DNA of 64,000 nucleotides from Octopus sinensis. Its lineage: Eukaryota. Made by a program: the position numbers and the translations under genes. Every line of letters starts with the position of its first letter. Within the stretch, counting starts at the first letter, position 1. The stretch lies in NCBI RefSeq assembly GCF_006345805.1, contig NC_043005.1, positions 35,402,001 to 35,466,000 of the forward strand. The letters run 5' to 3'. This document shows positions 11,027 through 23,151 of this stretch, piece by piece. A model generated the notes under the pieces. That model worked only from the letters and a program-made list of their open reading frames with translations, ran no database searches and had not been told where the DNA came from.

Positions 11027-11888
11027 GTGATTGCCATCTCGATTTCAAGCGTAACCACTTTCTCGTCGCAGACATAAGTTGCTAAAATTCTTGGTACATA
11101 TTTCTACCATAACCTTAATATTTATTCTCGCAAACGTATCTCATGCTTCAGTCAAGAATCACACTAACACCTATTCCATTCATGTACAGTCTTCCAAAAT
11201 GCATTCTTCCTCACAAGTTTGGATATAAAGAACAGCAATAAGTCAGTTTAAACTGTTTGCTTACAAGCAACTTTTGTTGGTTTCCAAATATGTCAGATTC
11301 CATGGATGACAGGTCCAACTTCTTATAACTTAATGTGATGACAGATATTACAAGCGAGAATATCTCTTGACCCATTACTATGCAAAATAACAACAGCCTA
11401 TAGTTTTTGTGCTTAAAGTTCTAATATTTGAAGGCAAATTCAAATTTTCTTGGACTGCAGGCTATTCTTCCTCGTCATAGACCACCAATGCATGTATAAA
11501 GGTCACATGTGGAGTTATATTTGTATGCATGTATGCATGTACGTATATTTATTTATATAAGTATATATAAACGTATCAATCGCATTTATATATGTATGAT
11601 GTGTGTACATAGGCACACACATGCACATTCAACCACGTTATTTATGTATACACACATACACACGGACACAGACAGATATATGTATATACATATGCGTATG
11701 TATATGTATGTGTGTGTATGCGTGTGTGTGCATTCACACACATATATACATCCACACATGTGGGTGTACAACTGTTCATGTTCATAGTAAAAAAGATGTG
11801 GAGTGAAAAAGCTTCAAAGAAAGAGACTCAGGATAGGTTGTATATAAAAATGTATGTATGTATATATGTATATATATGTATATATATA

Positions 11889-11933
<45 letters not shown>

Positions 11934-12061
11934 ATATATATAATTCAACACATACATATGTACGTGTGTGTATGCCTATGTATATATGTGTATGCGTACG
12001 TTGGCATGCATAAATGTGTATATGTGTGTGCGCGCGCGTGCGTGCCTGTGTGTGTGTGTGT

Positions 12062-12124
<63 letters not shown>

Positions 12125-12294
12125 AGACAGGCGAATAGACAGATGGATGGATGGATGCTCAGATAGGTTTAGAAATCTGTGTTGAATTATTCAAGCACCA
12201 CTACACCTTATATTACACGTTTGGGAATTTCTCTTAAAATATTACAGTATGGGGTTCTGGTCGGCAGTGCTTAACATAACCGTGGCTATCATAG

Positions 12295-12830
12295 TGATGA
12301 CGACGACGATGATGAAGATGGTGATGATGATGACGATGATGATCATAATCATGATCATGATCATGATGACATTGATAGTGATGATGATGATGGTAGAGGT
12401 GGTGGTCGTGGTGGTCGTCGTTGTTGTGAAGGTGATAGTGATGATGATGGTGCTGGCGTTGACGATGATGATGATGATGTTGGTGGTGGTGGTAGTTATG
12501 GGATTGGAGATGATGGTGATGATGATGGCGACGATGATGCGGAATCATCATCAGCAGCAGCACCACTGCCACCGCCGCCACCGCCGCCGCCACAACCGCC
12601 GCCACCTGCCATTCATACCAGGGTTGCTTCTGTGCCATCTTATCATTTCATTATTGCCTCAGACCCAACCCTCTATCTCGCCTGCCCACCCGATAACCAT
12701 CCCGGTTGTCGCATTAATTTCATTTGTTTATTTTTGTGTATTTGTTTGTGTTCACCATATTGCTGTCATCATCATCATCATCATCATCCTCATCCTCCTC
12801 ATCATCATCATCATCAGCAGCAGCAGCATC
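12295..12830. repeat. Compound trinucleotide repeats (GAT/GGT/CCG/CAT/CAG)
   Basis: Seen directly; source of the poly-M/V/H pseudo-ORFs. Confidence 0.9.
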
Positions 12831-12879
12831 ATAGTTCTTCAGACTGCACCTACACACGCAACTAGACACACACACACAC

Positions 12880-12932
<53 letters not shown>

Positions 12933-13276
12933 GATGTACATACACACACACACGACACACAAAGACAAGCATACAGTATAACAATTATGCACCTAGAACA
13001 TAATGTAGAGAACAACAAATATACTAAAATGCACACAGACACACACACTGACATGCGTTACTATACACGCATTTTACACGGCTTCATTCATACATTCCAT
13101 ACATATTAACAACACATAGATTTTATACAGAATACTACACACATACACTCAATCAAATACACAAACCCACACACCCGCTGACCCTCCAGCTCGATCTCTC
13201 CAGCACAAGTTTACGAAACCCGTGCCAAGTGGTTCTCAGTCGTACGTGTATTTCTATCTCCCCCTCTCTCTCGCTC

Positions 13277-13351
<75 letters not shown>

Positions 13352-13399
13352 CGTAATATATATATATATGTGTGTGTGTATGTGTGTGTATATATATAA

Positions 13400-13505
13400 G
13401 CATTGTAAGTGGATTTGGTAGACGGAAACCGAAAGAAGCCCGTCGTATATATGTGTATATATATATGTATGTGTATGTATATTTTTGTGTCTGTCTTTGT
13501 CCCTC
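13400..13505 (+). mobile_element. SINE family B internal fragment joined directly to a PLE remnant
   Basis: GTGGATTTGGTAGACGGAAACCGAAAGAAGCCCGTCG + (TA/TG)n + TTTGTCCC. Confidence 0.8.
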
Positions 13506-13966
13506 CTTCAAACGAGCCGATAACCTGCGTGACCTTCTAGTCCACAGTTTCTTCCCCACGCCCGTCTCCCAGCCTCGCTTCTTCCTCTGCTCCCGCCCAT
13601 GCTGTCTCCCCTGTTCTTATCTCTCCAACACCATCATCCTCACAGGCACCCATCACCATCCCTATCACGTCACCGACTCCTTTACCTGCATCTCTAGTAC
13701 TGTTATTCCCTGTAGATTGGTCAAGCTGGACACCGCTTGGCTGACCGATTCGCGGAGCACCTCCGAGATATCAGACTCGGCAGTGACACCCCAGTATCAC
13801 GTCACTTCTGCTCTACTGATCATTCGCTACAACATATCTCTCTCTGTTCGGACTATCTATGCACAGGGGCCACCCGGGCTCCCGCCTTCGCCGCGAACAG
13901 ACTTTAATCTTCTCTCTTCGTTCCTTTGCACCATATAAGCTTAATTCACCTCCTCTTTTCATCTGA
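13504..13966 (+). pseudogene. PLE linker + GIY-YIG endonuclease remnant (Neptune-like Cys-rich linker)
   Basis: SFKRADNLRDLLVHS..CSRPCCLPC..DSFTCISSTVI, a deletion/frameshift, then IGQAGHRLADRFAEHLRDIRLGSDTPVSRHF..RLRREQTLIFSLRSFAPYKLN. Confidence 0.8.
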
Positions 13967-14299
13967 TACCCACCACATACAAATTCCCACATACATCCCA
14001 CATTCAACTGACCTCTCCACCTACACACCCGCATACCGCCCAACTCGGTATCCTCACCGCACACGTGCTACTATACACTCATCACTCACTTCCTACACCA
14101 TTATAGACCCACCCACAACACCTTCCCACTCCACACAAACTTGCACAGAGCACTCCTCAGCACTCACACCACACACCATTATCCACACATCTCACGCAAT
14201 CTTCACCACGCATACCACTATACATGCAGCCACACACACTGTTTAATTCAGTACACACACCACGCACCATCATGCACACTCTCACATCCATAAAAGCAT

Positions 14300-14410
14300 A
14301 TAATACCTGAACACGGACAATGTATACTTCTACATCCACACAAGCGCATAATACCTGAACATGGACAATGTATACTTCTACATCCACACAAGCGCATAAT
14401 ACCTGAACGC
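14300..14410. repeat. 48-bp tandem repeat (about 2.3 copies) in the CA-rich PLE 3' region
   Basis: ATAATACCTGAACACGGACAATGTATACTTCTACATCCACACAAGCGC repeated, with a diverged copy near 14540. Confidence 0.85.
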
Positions 14411-14989
14411 AGAGTATATACACACACGCCACATGCATAAACACACGCAACACGCATAGAGAAAGATAACTTTCGTCTATAAACATACAATATACACATG
14501 CACATTATTTAGTAACAGACAGACACACACAGATACACATAATACCTGAACACAGACAATATAAACACACACGCAACACGCAATGACAAAGATAATTTTC
14601 GCCTCCAAGCACACACTATACACATACACGCACACTATTTGGTCACACACACACACATGTGCACAAACCACTTGTAAAAACACACATCAACTGCTACACA
14701 CAACACACACGTTGCACACGCACACACGTTACACACACATACACATCAGACTTATTCATTTCCATTCACGCATACACACATACACACTCATACACACCAT
14801 TCTCACCTTTGCATACGCGCTTGTGCACCTTTGTTCGTTGGGATCACCACTGTTATCTCCCTTTCATTCAACCTCTTTTTATTATAATCTTCCTGTCATT
14901 CAACCACTTTTCTTTACACCATGCTGGACCGCAGAACTCTACGCTATTTTTTCTCTCTGTTTTTTTTTCATCCTCTCTATTTTTTTCGC

Positions 14990-15062
14990 CCTTATTCCTG
15001 TCTATCGAAGAGCGTAGGCTCGAAACGTAAAAGACTTTTCTATTTTTTCCGTAAATTTGAAC
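14990..15062 (+). mobile_element. Family H3 terminus with hammerhead-like motif, probable 3' end of the PLE starting at 13504
   Basis: CTATCGA-A-GAGC GTAG GCTC-GAAA-CG-TA-AAAGAC, then ..CGTAAATTTGAAC|(TA)n. Confidence 0.65.
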
Positions 15063-15164
15063 ATATATATATATATATACACACACACATACACATATAT
15101 ATCAGCGCAAACGTGCCTCTGTGATAAGAAGCTTACTTGCTACATGTGTGTATGTGTATGTGTG

Positions 15165-15375
15165 TGTCTTTGTGTATGCCCCTACCACCGCTAGGCAACG
15201 GGTAAACGTTTGTTTACGTCTCCATAACGTAGCGGTTCGGCAAAAAGAGACTGATATATTAAGTACCAGGCTTAAAAAAAAAACAAGTGCTGGTGTCAAT
15301 CCATTCAACTAAACGTTCTTCAAGGCAGTGCCCCAGCAGGACTAGTTTAATGACTGAAACAGATAAAAGGAAAAA
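15165..15375 (+). mobile_element. SINE family B-related 3' half
   Basis: GCGGTTCGGCAAAAAGAGAC..AAGTACCAGGCTT..AATGACTGAAACAGATAAAAG. Confidence 0.7.
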
Positions 15376-16018
15376 AGAAAAAAAGTATTATAAAGCGTCG
15401 ATATTGTGCTGACGACACCTAACGACAAAGGACCGCACATTCATAGCTGTTGTTTGTGCTTTGAATTAACAGGCTGTTTTTTTCCTTATTGCTATGTCAA
15501 TTCAGGAAAACTACTGTGTTCTAAAGATTATCTCATTCAAGGTCGATTATAGTTGCCGCTCAATGTTTGTTTACTTTCTCTAAAAGCAAAGATGGTTTTT
15601 GTAAATCAAGAAATTATTTTGTACGAGATTTAATATGCCTTACTTCGTCCTAACTGTCCAATTACGAGACGACTAAGATGTTAACGGTATTATCTTATTT
15701 TCATAGCTTGTATATTTCTGTGTATCTCTGCAGTGAGAGTCCATATTCTTGTAAGAGCACGAGGAGATGGTAAGTAACTGTGCATGAAGGAGTCTGTCTT
15801 TAACTATATAGAACAGGATAAGTGAGAGATGTCGTGTCGAATACTATTGGCAGGAAAGAAAATTATTGGAAGAGTCTTTAACCAATTCAGATATTTGTAC
15901 ATACATTTTGATCTCTCTGATAAATCATTTTTAACACCAAAACTTTGAGTAGATAAACCTATATATAAAGGCGTAGTATATTGGGTTGGAAAACTCCTTG
16001 GATGGGGAGGAAGTTGAA

Positions 16019-16424
16019 GGTTGCACGTGGGACTCGAACCGACATCTTCTGTATACATAACAGATGTGCTAACAATTTTACCAAAGCAATCCTTCGAATT
16101 TTCTCCATGCATTTTAGAAACTTTTTTCATTATCAGCGAGAATTGTAAGAATTTAGAAACTTCGAGAGATGTGAAATAATTCCTTTTTTAGCGGTTGAAC
16201 TCGAAGTAGATAAAGTTATAAATGCTGACTATTGGATTAGCTGACTATTGAGTCATGTTTACAGACGATGTAGGCTTGAGTCCCACGAGCAGCCTTCGAC
16301 TTGTTGCCATTCAAAGTTTTTGAACTCCAAATTCCGCGTAAACATTTATAATTTTATCTACTTCGAGTTCCATTGTGAAAAATAATTTACATCATATCTC
16401 TCGAAGTTTCTAAATCCTCACAAT
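16019..16424. repeat. Fold-back arrangement of a tRNA-like repeat unit
   Basis: tRNA-like segment on the minus strand (16092-16019, GGTTCGAGTCCC) and a homologue on the plus strand (16254-16294). Inverted arms of about 82 bp lie at 16142-16224 and 16343-16424. Confidence 0.7.
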
Positions 16425-16960
16425 GTAAACATCGTAAAATTTCTCTCTTTCTACTCAACTACTGAACGATAAGTTATGAACTGCAATGATTTTCTCTTTA
16501 TCAAATATTTCCAGCAACTATTCATTATAGACAAGCTATCGATTTCTTCTTTTTTTAAAAACGTTTTCTGTTAGAAAGTAAATAATAAAAATACAGATTT
16601 TTCGTCAAAAGTGTAGACAAAGCCAGTGGCTTCGTGTTGACGAGACACATATTGAGACACCAATATCCCAGAATACTATGCGCCAATGAACCGAGTGTGT
16701 TGAACACATTGGCGTTGTAAAAGGGAAAACCCATTCCTGTATGATGTACACTTCAGCGACCTACATATTTTGCTTCTGAACTTGCCTAGACATATTAAGA
16801 ATAAATATGAAAATAATCGTTTCAGATCTCGTAGTGGACGGTGCCAAATAACAATTTCTTATTAATGAAATGTATTGACCGTTAATTACTTGATACTGGA
16901 GAGATTTAACCATAATTGAAATAGTTTTTATCAACAAATATTAAGGATTTTAGTATAATT

Positions 16961-17240
16961 AATAGCGACAGAAGCAGTATTAATGCCAACAGGTAATATT
17001 TATCTTCACTTAAAAGTGGATGTTGTGTTAGAACACAAAATCCTGCAATAGTTACCATAAGAGAATCTCTCGTATGGACTTGTAGTGCATATGAGCACTC
17101 GCGTTTATATTGCTAGCGGGAGATAATAACCGCCATCACCACCGGCGGGACTACCAGATCGCGCGATTTCGGCCTTGCTTGCCCTTGTCAACGGTAGACG
17201 ACCGAAACCTGGTGATAACAGCGACTTTTCTGCAAGGGAT
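16961..17240 (-). mobile_element. Hammerhead-bearing dispersed repeat family F, copy 1
   Basis: Collinear homology by eye to 57075-57330 (GCGACAGA.GCAGTATTAAT, GTTTATAT.G.TAGCGGG.AGATA, CCAGATC.CG..ATTTCG). Confidence 0.65.
17151..17197 (-). ncRNA. Type I hammerhead motif with U3-A8 core variant
   Basis: Minus strand CTACCG-TTGACAA-GGGC AAGCAA GGCC-GAAA-TCGCGCGA-TC-TGGTAG. 6-bp stem I, palindromic stem III, AUC cleavage triplet. Confidence 0.7.
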
Positions 17241-17242
17241 AT

Positions 17243-17414
17243 AGGCGCAGGAGTGGCTGTGTGGTAAGTAGCTTGCTAACCAACCACATGGTTCCGGGTT
17301 CAGTCCCACTGCGTGGCATCTTGGGCAAGTGTCTTCTGCTATAGCCCCGGGCCGACCAATGCCTTGTGAGTGGATTTGGTAGACGGAAACTGAAAGAAGC
17401 CTGTCGTATATATG

Positions 17415-17445
<31 letters not shown>

Positions 17446-17640
17446 GTTTGTGTTTGTCCCCCTAGCATTGCTTGACCACCGATGCTGGTGTGTTTGCGTC
17501 CCCGTCACTTAGCGGTTCGGCAAAAGAGACCGATAGAATAAGTACTGGGCTTACAAAGAATAAGTCCCGGGGTCGATTTGCTCGACTAAAGGTGGTGCTC
17601 CAGCATGGCCGTAGTCAGATGACTGAAACAAATAAAAGAG
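17243..17640 (+). mobile_element. Full-length SINE family B (tRNA head, internal microsatellite, second module)
   Basis: A-box-like TGGCTGTGTGG, B-box-like GGTTCAGTCCC, TTGGGCAAGTG body, internal (TA)(TG)n, and end ..ATGACTGAAACAAATAAAAGAG. Confidence 0.9.
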
Positions 17641-18107
17641 TATAGAATCTCAGTGATTAACCAAGCACTGGTGTCGTAAGTAGCCAGTGGGTTAATTAAA
17701 AAATAATTACCTTAAAAACAAAACAATAAAATGAAACTAAATAAATATATTGAGAATTACATGAAATACTTTATTTCGTTTATTTCATTAACGAGAAGAA
17801 ATGAAGCAGATTCCTAGCAAGAAAATTCTCTCCCATTCAAAGAAAAAAGATGAATCGAAATGTCTGAAGAGACAAACAATTAACCATAACTTGGAAAGTC
17901 AATGCGGAAACGATGAGAATTATGAACAAAAAAAAATCCCTCTTTTTTATTTACTAGTTAATCAGTTTGCATTGTAAAAACCCCATAAAGTATTATTACA
18001 TGATATTTTAAAGGATTTAAATAACCATTGAACACATATTTCTATAATTGGTGTATTCGTTTATATTATAAATGTCCATCACTTCAACAGAAATTTAAAT
18101 CTAAATA

Positions 18108-18308
18108 TATTCTTTTACTTGTTTCAATCATTTGATTGTGGCCATGTTGGAGTACCGCCTTAAAGGGTTTTAATTGAATAAATCGACTCCAGGACTACTA
18201 TAGCCCGAGGCTGTAGTAGAAGACACTTATCCAAGGTACCACGCAGTGGGATTGAACCCGGAACCATGTGGTTGGGAAGCAAGGTTCTTACCGCACTGCT
18301 ACGCCTGT
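18108..18308 (-). mobile_element. Internally deleted SINE family B
   Basis: The 3' end and tRNA head of family B are joined, with the middle missing. Confidence 0.8.
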
Positions 18309-18328
18309 GAAATCATATTAGTTCATTA

Positions 18329-18639
18329 AGGCACATGGTTTAGTGGTTAGGGTATTCGGTTCACGATTGTAAAGTCGTAAGTTCGGTTCCCGGCGGCGCG
18401 TCGTGTCGTTGACCAATCACATTATTTCAGGTTGCTCCAGTCCACTCAGCTGGCAAAAATGATTAGTATCCATAATTGAAATGGCTAGCCTTGTCAAACA
18501 CTGTGTCTAGCTGAATCTCCCTGAGTTAAGGGTATGAATGCTTGTGGAGTGCTCAGCCACTTACACGATAATTTCACGATCAGGCTGTTTTGAGATTGGA
18601 TGAACTGAACACCTCATCGTCGTAGCCGACGGAGTGCCA
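18329..18639 (+). mobile_element. SINE family C (tRNA head + ..CTCATCGTCGTAACCGACGGAGTGC tail)
   Basis: A/B-box-like head; tail shared with 41345, 59198 and 63625. Confidence 0.8.
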
Positions 18640-18701
18640 TGCTTGATCGCTAAACCCACAAGTTTATATTCATTTATTCTCTTGTTTATTTTCTGTTATT
18701 C

Positions 18702-18737
18702 CTTTCTGTTGAAGAGCGTAGGCTCGAAACGTAAAAG
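18702..18737 (+). ncRNA. Hammerhead-like motif, family H3, A6U core variant
   Basis: CTTT-CTGTTGA-A-GAGC GTAG GCTC-GAAA-CG-TA-AAAG. All three stems are complementary. Confidence 0.65.
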
Positions 18738-19160
18738 TCTTTTCTTTTGTTTTTCTGTAAATTTCAACTATGTATGTATGTAAGTATGTATGTATGTACA
18801 CGCATACGCACATGGTGTTGCTGTGTAATGAGATATGACCGTATATATACTAACTTGTCAGTGACACAGTACCGAATGTGCAACTGAATGTGAAGTTTGG
18901 AACATTAGTAAGTCTTCCGTTAGAGTTTTGTTTAACCCGTTGCTTCCATGCCGAGGAGAAACGGATCATTTCTGTATAGAAAATAGGATTTACTTCGTAC
19001 AGGGTGGAGCAATTTGCATATGAGTGATAGCTTGACATCTGTTCAGCAATTACTTATCCATCAACCCAGCATGCCGTCAACGAAGAAGTCTGTCTCATCG
19101 CGTTTCATTTCACAGCAAGACTATGTATGTTTTAGATATAAAGACACTTCCGTGTATCTG

Positions 19161-19217
<57 letters not shown>

Positions 19218-19539
19218 AAGACAGATACAGACAATATATACATGCATGTATGCATACGCACACACATATATCATCATATACAGGCATAAGTACTACAAGG
19301 CTGTCAATTGGTGGAATCGTTAGAAAGTCGGATATATTGTTTTAAAGGTGAGAGATATGAGTTAGACTTAGCTGTGTTGCTCTTAACGTATTACAAATCG
19401 GAAATTGGCAAACCATTTATTGGGTGACCTTGTAACCCTTTGAGAATTAAGGGGACTTTTCCGTCGTAAGAGTCAGAGAAAGTGTTACATTGGCGGAATA
19501 AGTATAGGGATTAAGAGTTTGTTACGGTTATTAAGGTTC

Positions 19540-19915
19540 CGAGTTCAAATCTTGTCAGAGTCAGTTTTTGTCTTTTAACCTCCTGAGGTCGACAAAATAA
19601 ATTGCAACTCGGTACTGTGGATAATTTGATCGACATCGTACACTTTCCAAATAATTGTGGCCGTGTACTTTATGTTACAAATTATTTTGAGGGTTAGGAA
19701 GATGGCGAAATGGTAAAATCGTTAAAATGGTGACAGAATCTCTCGCCGTGTTTTTCATGGCTCTTTATGTTCTGAGTTCAAATCTCACCGAGATCAACTT
19801 CAACTTTCCTTCCTTCAGGGGTTAATAAAATAAAGTACCATTCAAACTCTAGGATCGATGCAATCGATTAACGTACGCCGTTCAAAATTGCTGTTCTTTT
19901 AAATAAATTAGAAAC
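19540..19915 (+). mobile_element. Two old SINE family A-like copies in tandem
   Basis: GAGTTCAAATCT..GAGGTCGACAAAATAAA and GAGTTCAAATCTCACCGAGATCAACTT..AAAATAAAGTACC. Confidence 0.65.
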
Positions 19916-20357
19916 AAATTTGAGCGCCAGAGTTTCCTATCTTGTAGATTCCATTTGGTTCTAACCGTGGCCAGGCCAAAGGAATTTGGTTTCTAAGAAA
20001 TCAATCCCCCTGATTGTAAATAGGAACACCACATACCTACAGTTATATGACTTGTTCATATGTCTGTCTGTCTGTCTGTTTGTCTCTTTTACAACAACTG
20101 CTGCGATGATGATAATGTCGTTGACTATAACGCTGATGATGATTAGAGCAGTGGTTTTGGCGAACACTTCTTACAGATTTACAGAATTAAAACTAAATCT
20201 GTGTGTGTAACAATCTTCATGCTATCCCACCGCGTACCGTGGTTCTCAACCGTTTTTCTATCGATGGACGCCTTGGATTCCTATTTTACTCAGGGGTGGA
20301 CCCTCATAGCCATTTGATGTCCGAAAATTTCAATTACATTGTTATAAAAGTGGTAAA

Positions 20358-20686
20358 GACCCCTTCGGTCATGAATGACCATGGGATTGCACCTAGAAAG
20401 TTACCCTCCTAGACACAAGTCCGGGCAAGGTTGTTTATGGAAGACCAGCAGTCGCCCATGCATACCGGCCTCCCCTCTCCACGCCACCAGTGTTATCCAA
20501 GGGAAAGACAAAGGTCGATACAGCTTGGCACCAGTGACGTCGCAACTCATTTCTACAGCTGAGTGAACTGGAGCAACGTGAAATAAAGTGCCTTGCTCAA
20601 GAACACAACACGCAGCCCGGTCCGGGATTCGAGCTCACAACCTCACGATCGTAAGCTCGACGCTCTAACCACTGAGCCATGCGCCT
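20358..20686 (-). mobile_element. SINE family D (tRNA head, CTTGAGCAAGGCACTT body, distinct tail)
   Basis: The minus strand begins AGGCGCATGGCTCAGTGGTTAGAGCG..GCTCGAATCCC and ends ..CATGACCGAAGGGGTC. Confidence 0.85.
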
Positions 20687-21963
20687 ACATTGTTGTAATT
20701 GAACATTATTAGGAATCGTATTAAATATTTTGCTGCACCTAGGTGCAGCAAAAAAAGAAAAAACAACCTTTTCATATTTTCCTGATCGATATACATTTCA
20801 ACAGCAAACGTAAGATGTGTTTTTAAATCATAATAATAACCCCACCACAAAAAAAAAAATGAAAAAACATTTGCTTAATGTGAACCCATTACCACTCCCA
20901 TATTTTATACAGACTCGACAATGACTGACTGAAATATGAGCGGTTTTTCTGTTGCACTTTGTTCGTGATAAAACAAAAGACCTGTCCTGTAAAATTGACG
21001 TCCTTTGCTTCATAGTAATCAAACATGACCGCCCTTGCTCTATGTCCTATCACAGACTTGTCTTGAGGTGTGCAGACATTCTTCTGTAACCTTACTAATT
21101 TACTCAAAGTGATGACTTTGATTAACTATCATAAAACTTTTTATCCTATGAAATTCTCTTGTGTAGACTTCAAAATTCCACCGTTATTTTTGTTCTGTTA
21201 ATTTCGTGTCCATTTCTTTGCTAGTCTTTGTCTTTCTTTTCGTCCCCATCTCCCTGTCTTTCTGTCCGTCTGCCTGTCTGTCTGTCTACCCATCTGTCTG
21301 TCTGTCTGTTTGTCTGACTAACTGTCTCTCTTCTCTTTGATTCTTTCCTTGTTCCTCTCTCTCTCCCACTCTCTAGGATTCTTTCTTTCTTTCCTTCCTT
21401 CTTTCTTTCTTTCTCGGTCCTTCCGACTTTTTTCTTCATATCTTTCTTTTTCTTCGTTTAACGTACGACAAACTATTTTCTTTCATTTTTATTTTTCATT
21501 GTTTCTCCTTCACCCTTTTATTCATTCCTTCATTCTTTCCTTCATTACTTATTTCATTCACTCATTCTTACTCCTCAATCTTTCTTCTTTCATTGCTATA
21601 CTCTTCCTTTCACATTCTGTTTCTCCTTAAATTTACCATTCTAACTTGCATTTACAATCTCTTTATTTACTTATCTCCTTCCTGCCTTCTTTCCTTTCTT
21701 CCTTCCTTCCTTGCCTCGTCGCAGCCTTTGTGTCCCAGTTCCTTTGCGTTCCTCAAATGTATATTTTATATCTATACATACACACACACACGCACACATA
21801 CATGTACATATATACACGCGCGCACACACACAGACACAGTGACAGACAGACAGGAACACATACACACACACATGCATGCACGCACGCACACGGAGATCTC
21901 GGGAGGGTCTAGGAATGTATTGGGTTCAGCCCCATATAGACCAAACTAATCTTTGTGTGTGGG

Positions 21964-22017
<54 letters not shown>

Positions 22018-22120
22018 TGTATGTATGTATGTATGTATGTATGCATATGAGCACGCGCATTTGTGTATATATATATATATATATATTCACACCACATATA
22101 TATGTGTATATATATATATT

Positions 22121-22153
<33 letters not shown>

Positions 22154-23027
22154 CATACACATGCATACATACATATACACACATGTACGTGCTCGTATGA
22201 ACACACACATACATATATAATATGTCATCATGTATGTATGTATGTATGTATGTACGTATGTATGTATGTATGTATGTGTGTATGTATGTATGTATGTATG
22301 TATGTATACGTGTGTCAGTGTATGTCTAACCTCATCTCGCTCGCGTGCATATACGCGCGCCTAAACACAGCCGAAGAAAAAGAAAAACATTAGAATAGAA
22401 ATTAACTGCGAATGTCGTCCTGAAGCACCCCCCCCCCACCACTACTTTTGGTGTGCACCGCCCCTCTCCACCCCCACCCCCCGCCGCACATTACAAAATT
22501 ATCACATTTTATCTCCATAGCGACGACTGATTAAGTTTTCTTCTGGTGGTTGGATGGAGTGTATGGGCTGGTAGATAAGCAGTCTTCTGTCATATGTTGT
22601 TGTCGTTGCTGCTGCTGCTGTTGTTGTTGTTGTTGTTGTTCTTCTTCTTCTTCTTCTTTTCTTTCATCTTCTTTTAGTAATTTCTTCTCCTTCCTCATCT
22701 TCATCCTCATCCTCTTCCTCCTATACATCTTCCTCCTATTCGTCTTCTCCTTCCTCCTATTCGTCTTCTCCTTCCTCCTCCTCCTCATCCCCTCTCTTTT
22801 TCTCTCTCTCTCCCTCACCTTGCCTCACCCCCATTATCTTCCAAGACAGACATCTTATGCCCTTCCTTTTGCCTTCCTCGTCTCGTTTATTCTGGAGTTA
22901 GATTGACAGATCATTGGCTCTGATAAAGAGAAACCGTATCAAAATGTCTGTATAAGTTTAACGGCTGGAATATGTCCGTCTGTCTGGCCCCATCGCTTTC
23001 TTTCTGTCTCTCTTCCTTATTTGTCTT

Positions 23028-23063
<36 letters not shown>

Positions 23064-23151
23064 CTCTCCTCTCTCTCCTCTCTCTCTGTTTCAATCTACC
23101 CCCTCTTCCCCTGTGATGTGTTTGTTTCTTGCTTCTTATTTCATATTTGAG

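Noticed and set aside
10414-11085. Overlapping 113-214 aa ORFs (YVCM/HTYI repeats)
   Set aside because: Translations of (TATG)n plus antisense pLTR. The same applies to ORFs at 5363-5623, 21876-22393, 38532-41043, 45409-45843, 56556-56837 and 58768-59240.
11033-11480. Coding-like stretch, possibly a transposase remnant
   Set aside because: No motif could be recognised in any frame, and there are many stops.
12234-13109. 286-aa and His-rich ORFs
   Set aside because: Trinucleotide and CA repeats that lack stop codons; no domain.
17243-17320. tRNA-like heads (also 16019, 18329, 20610, 31301, 36980, 59510) as tRNA genes
   Set aside because: Acceptor and anticodon stems are broken and each continues into a repeat body, so they are SINE-type heads.
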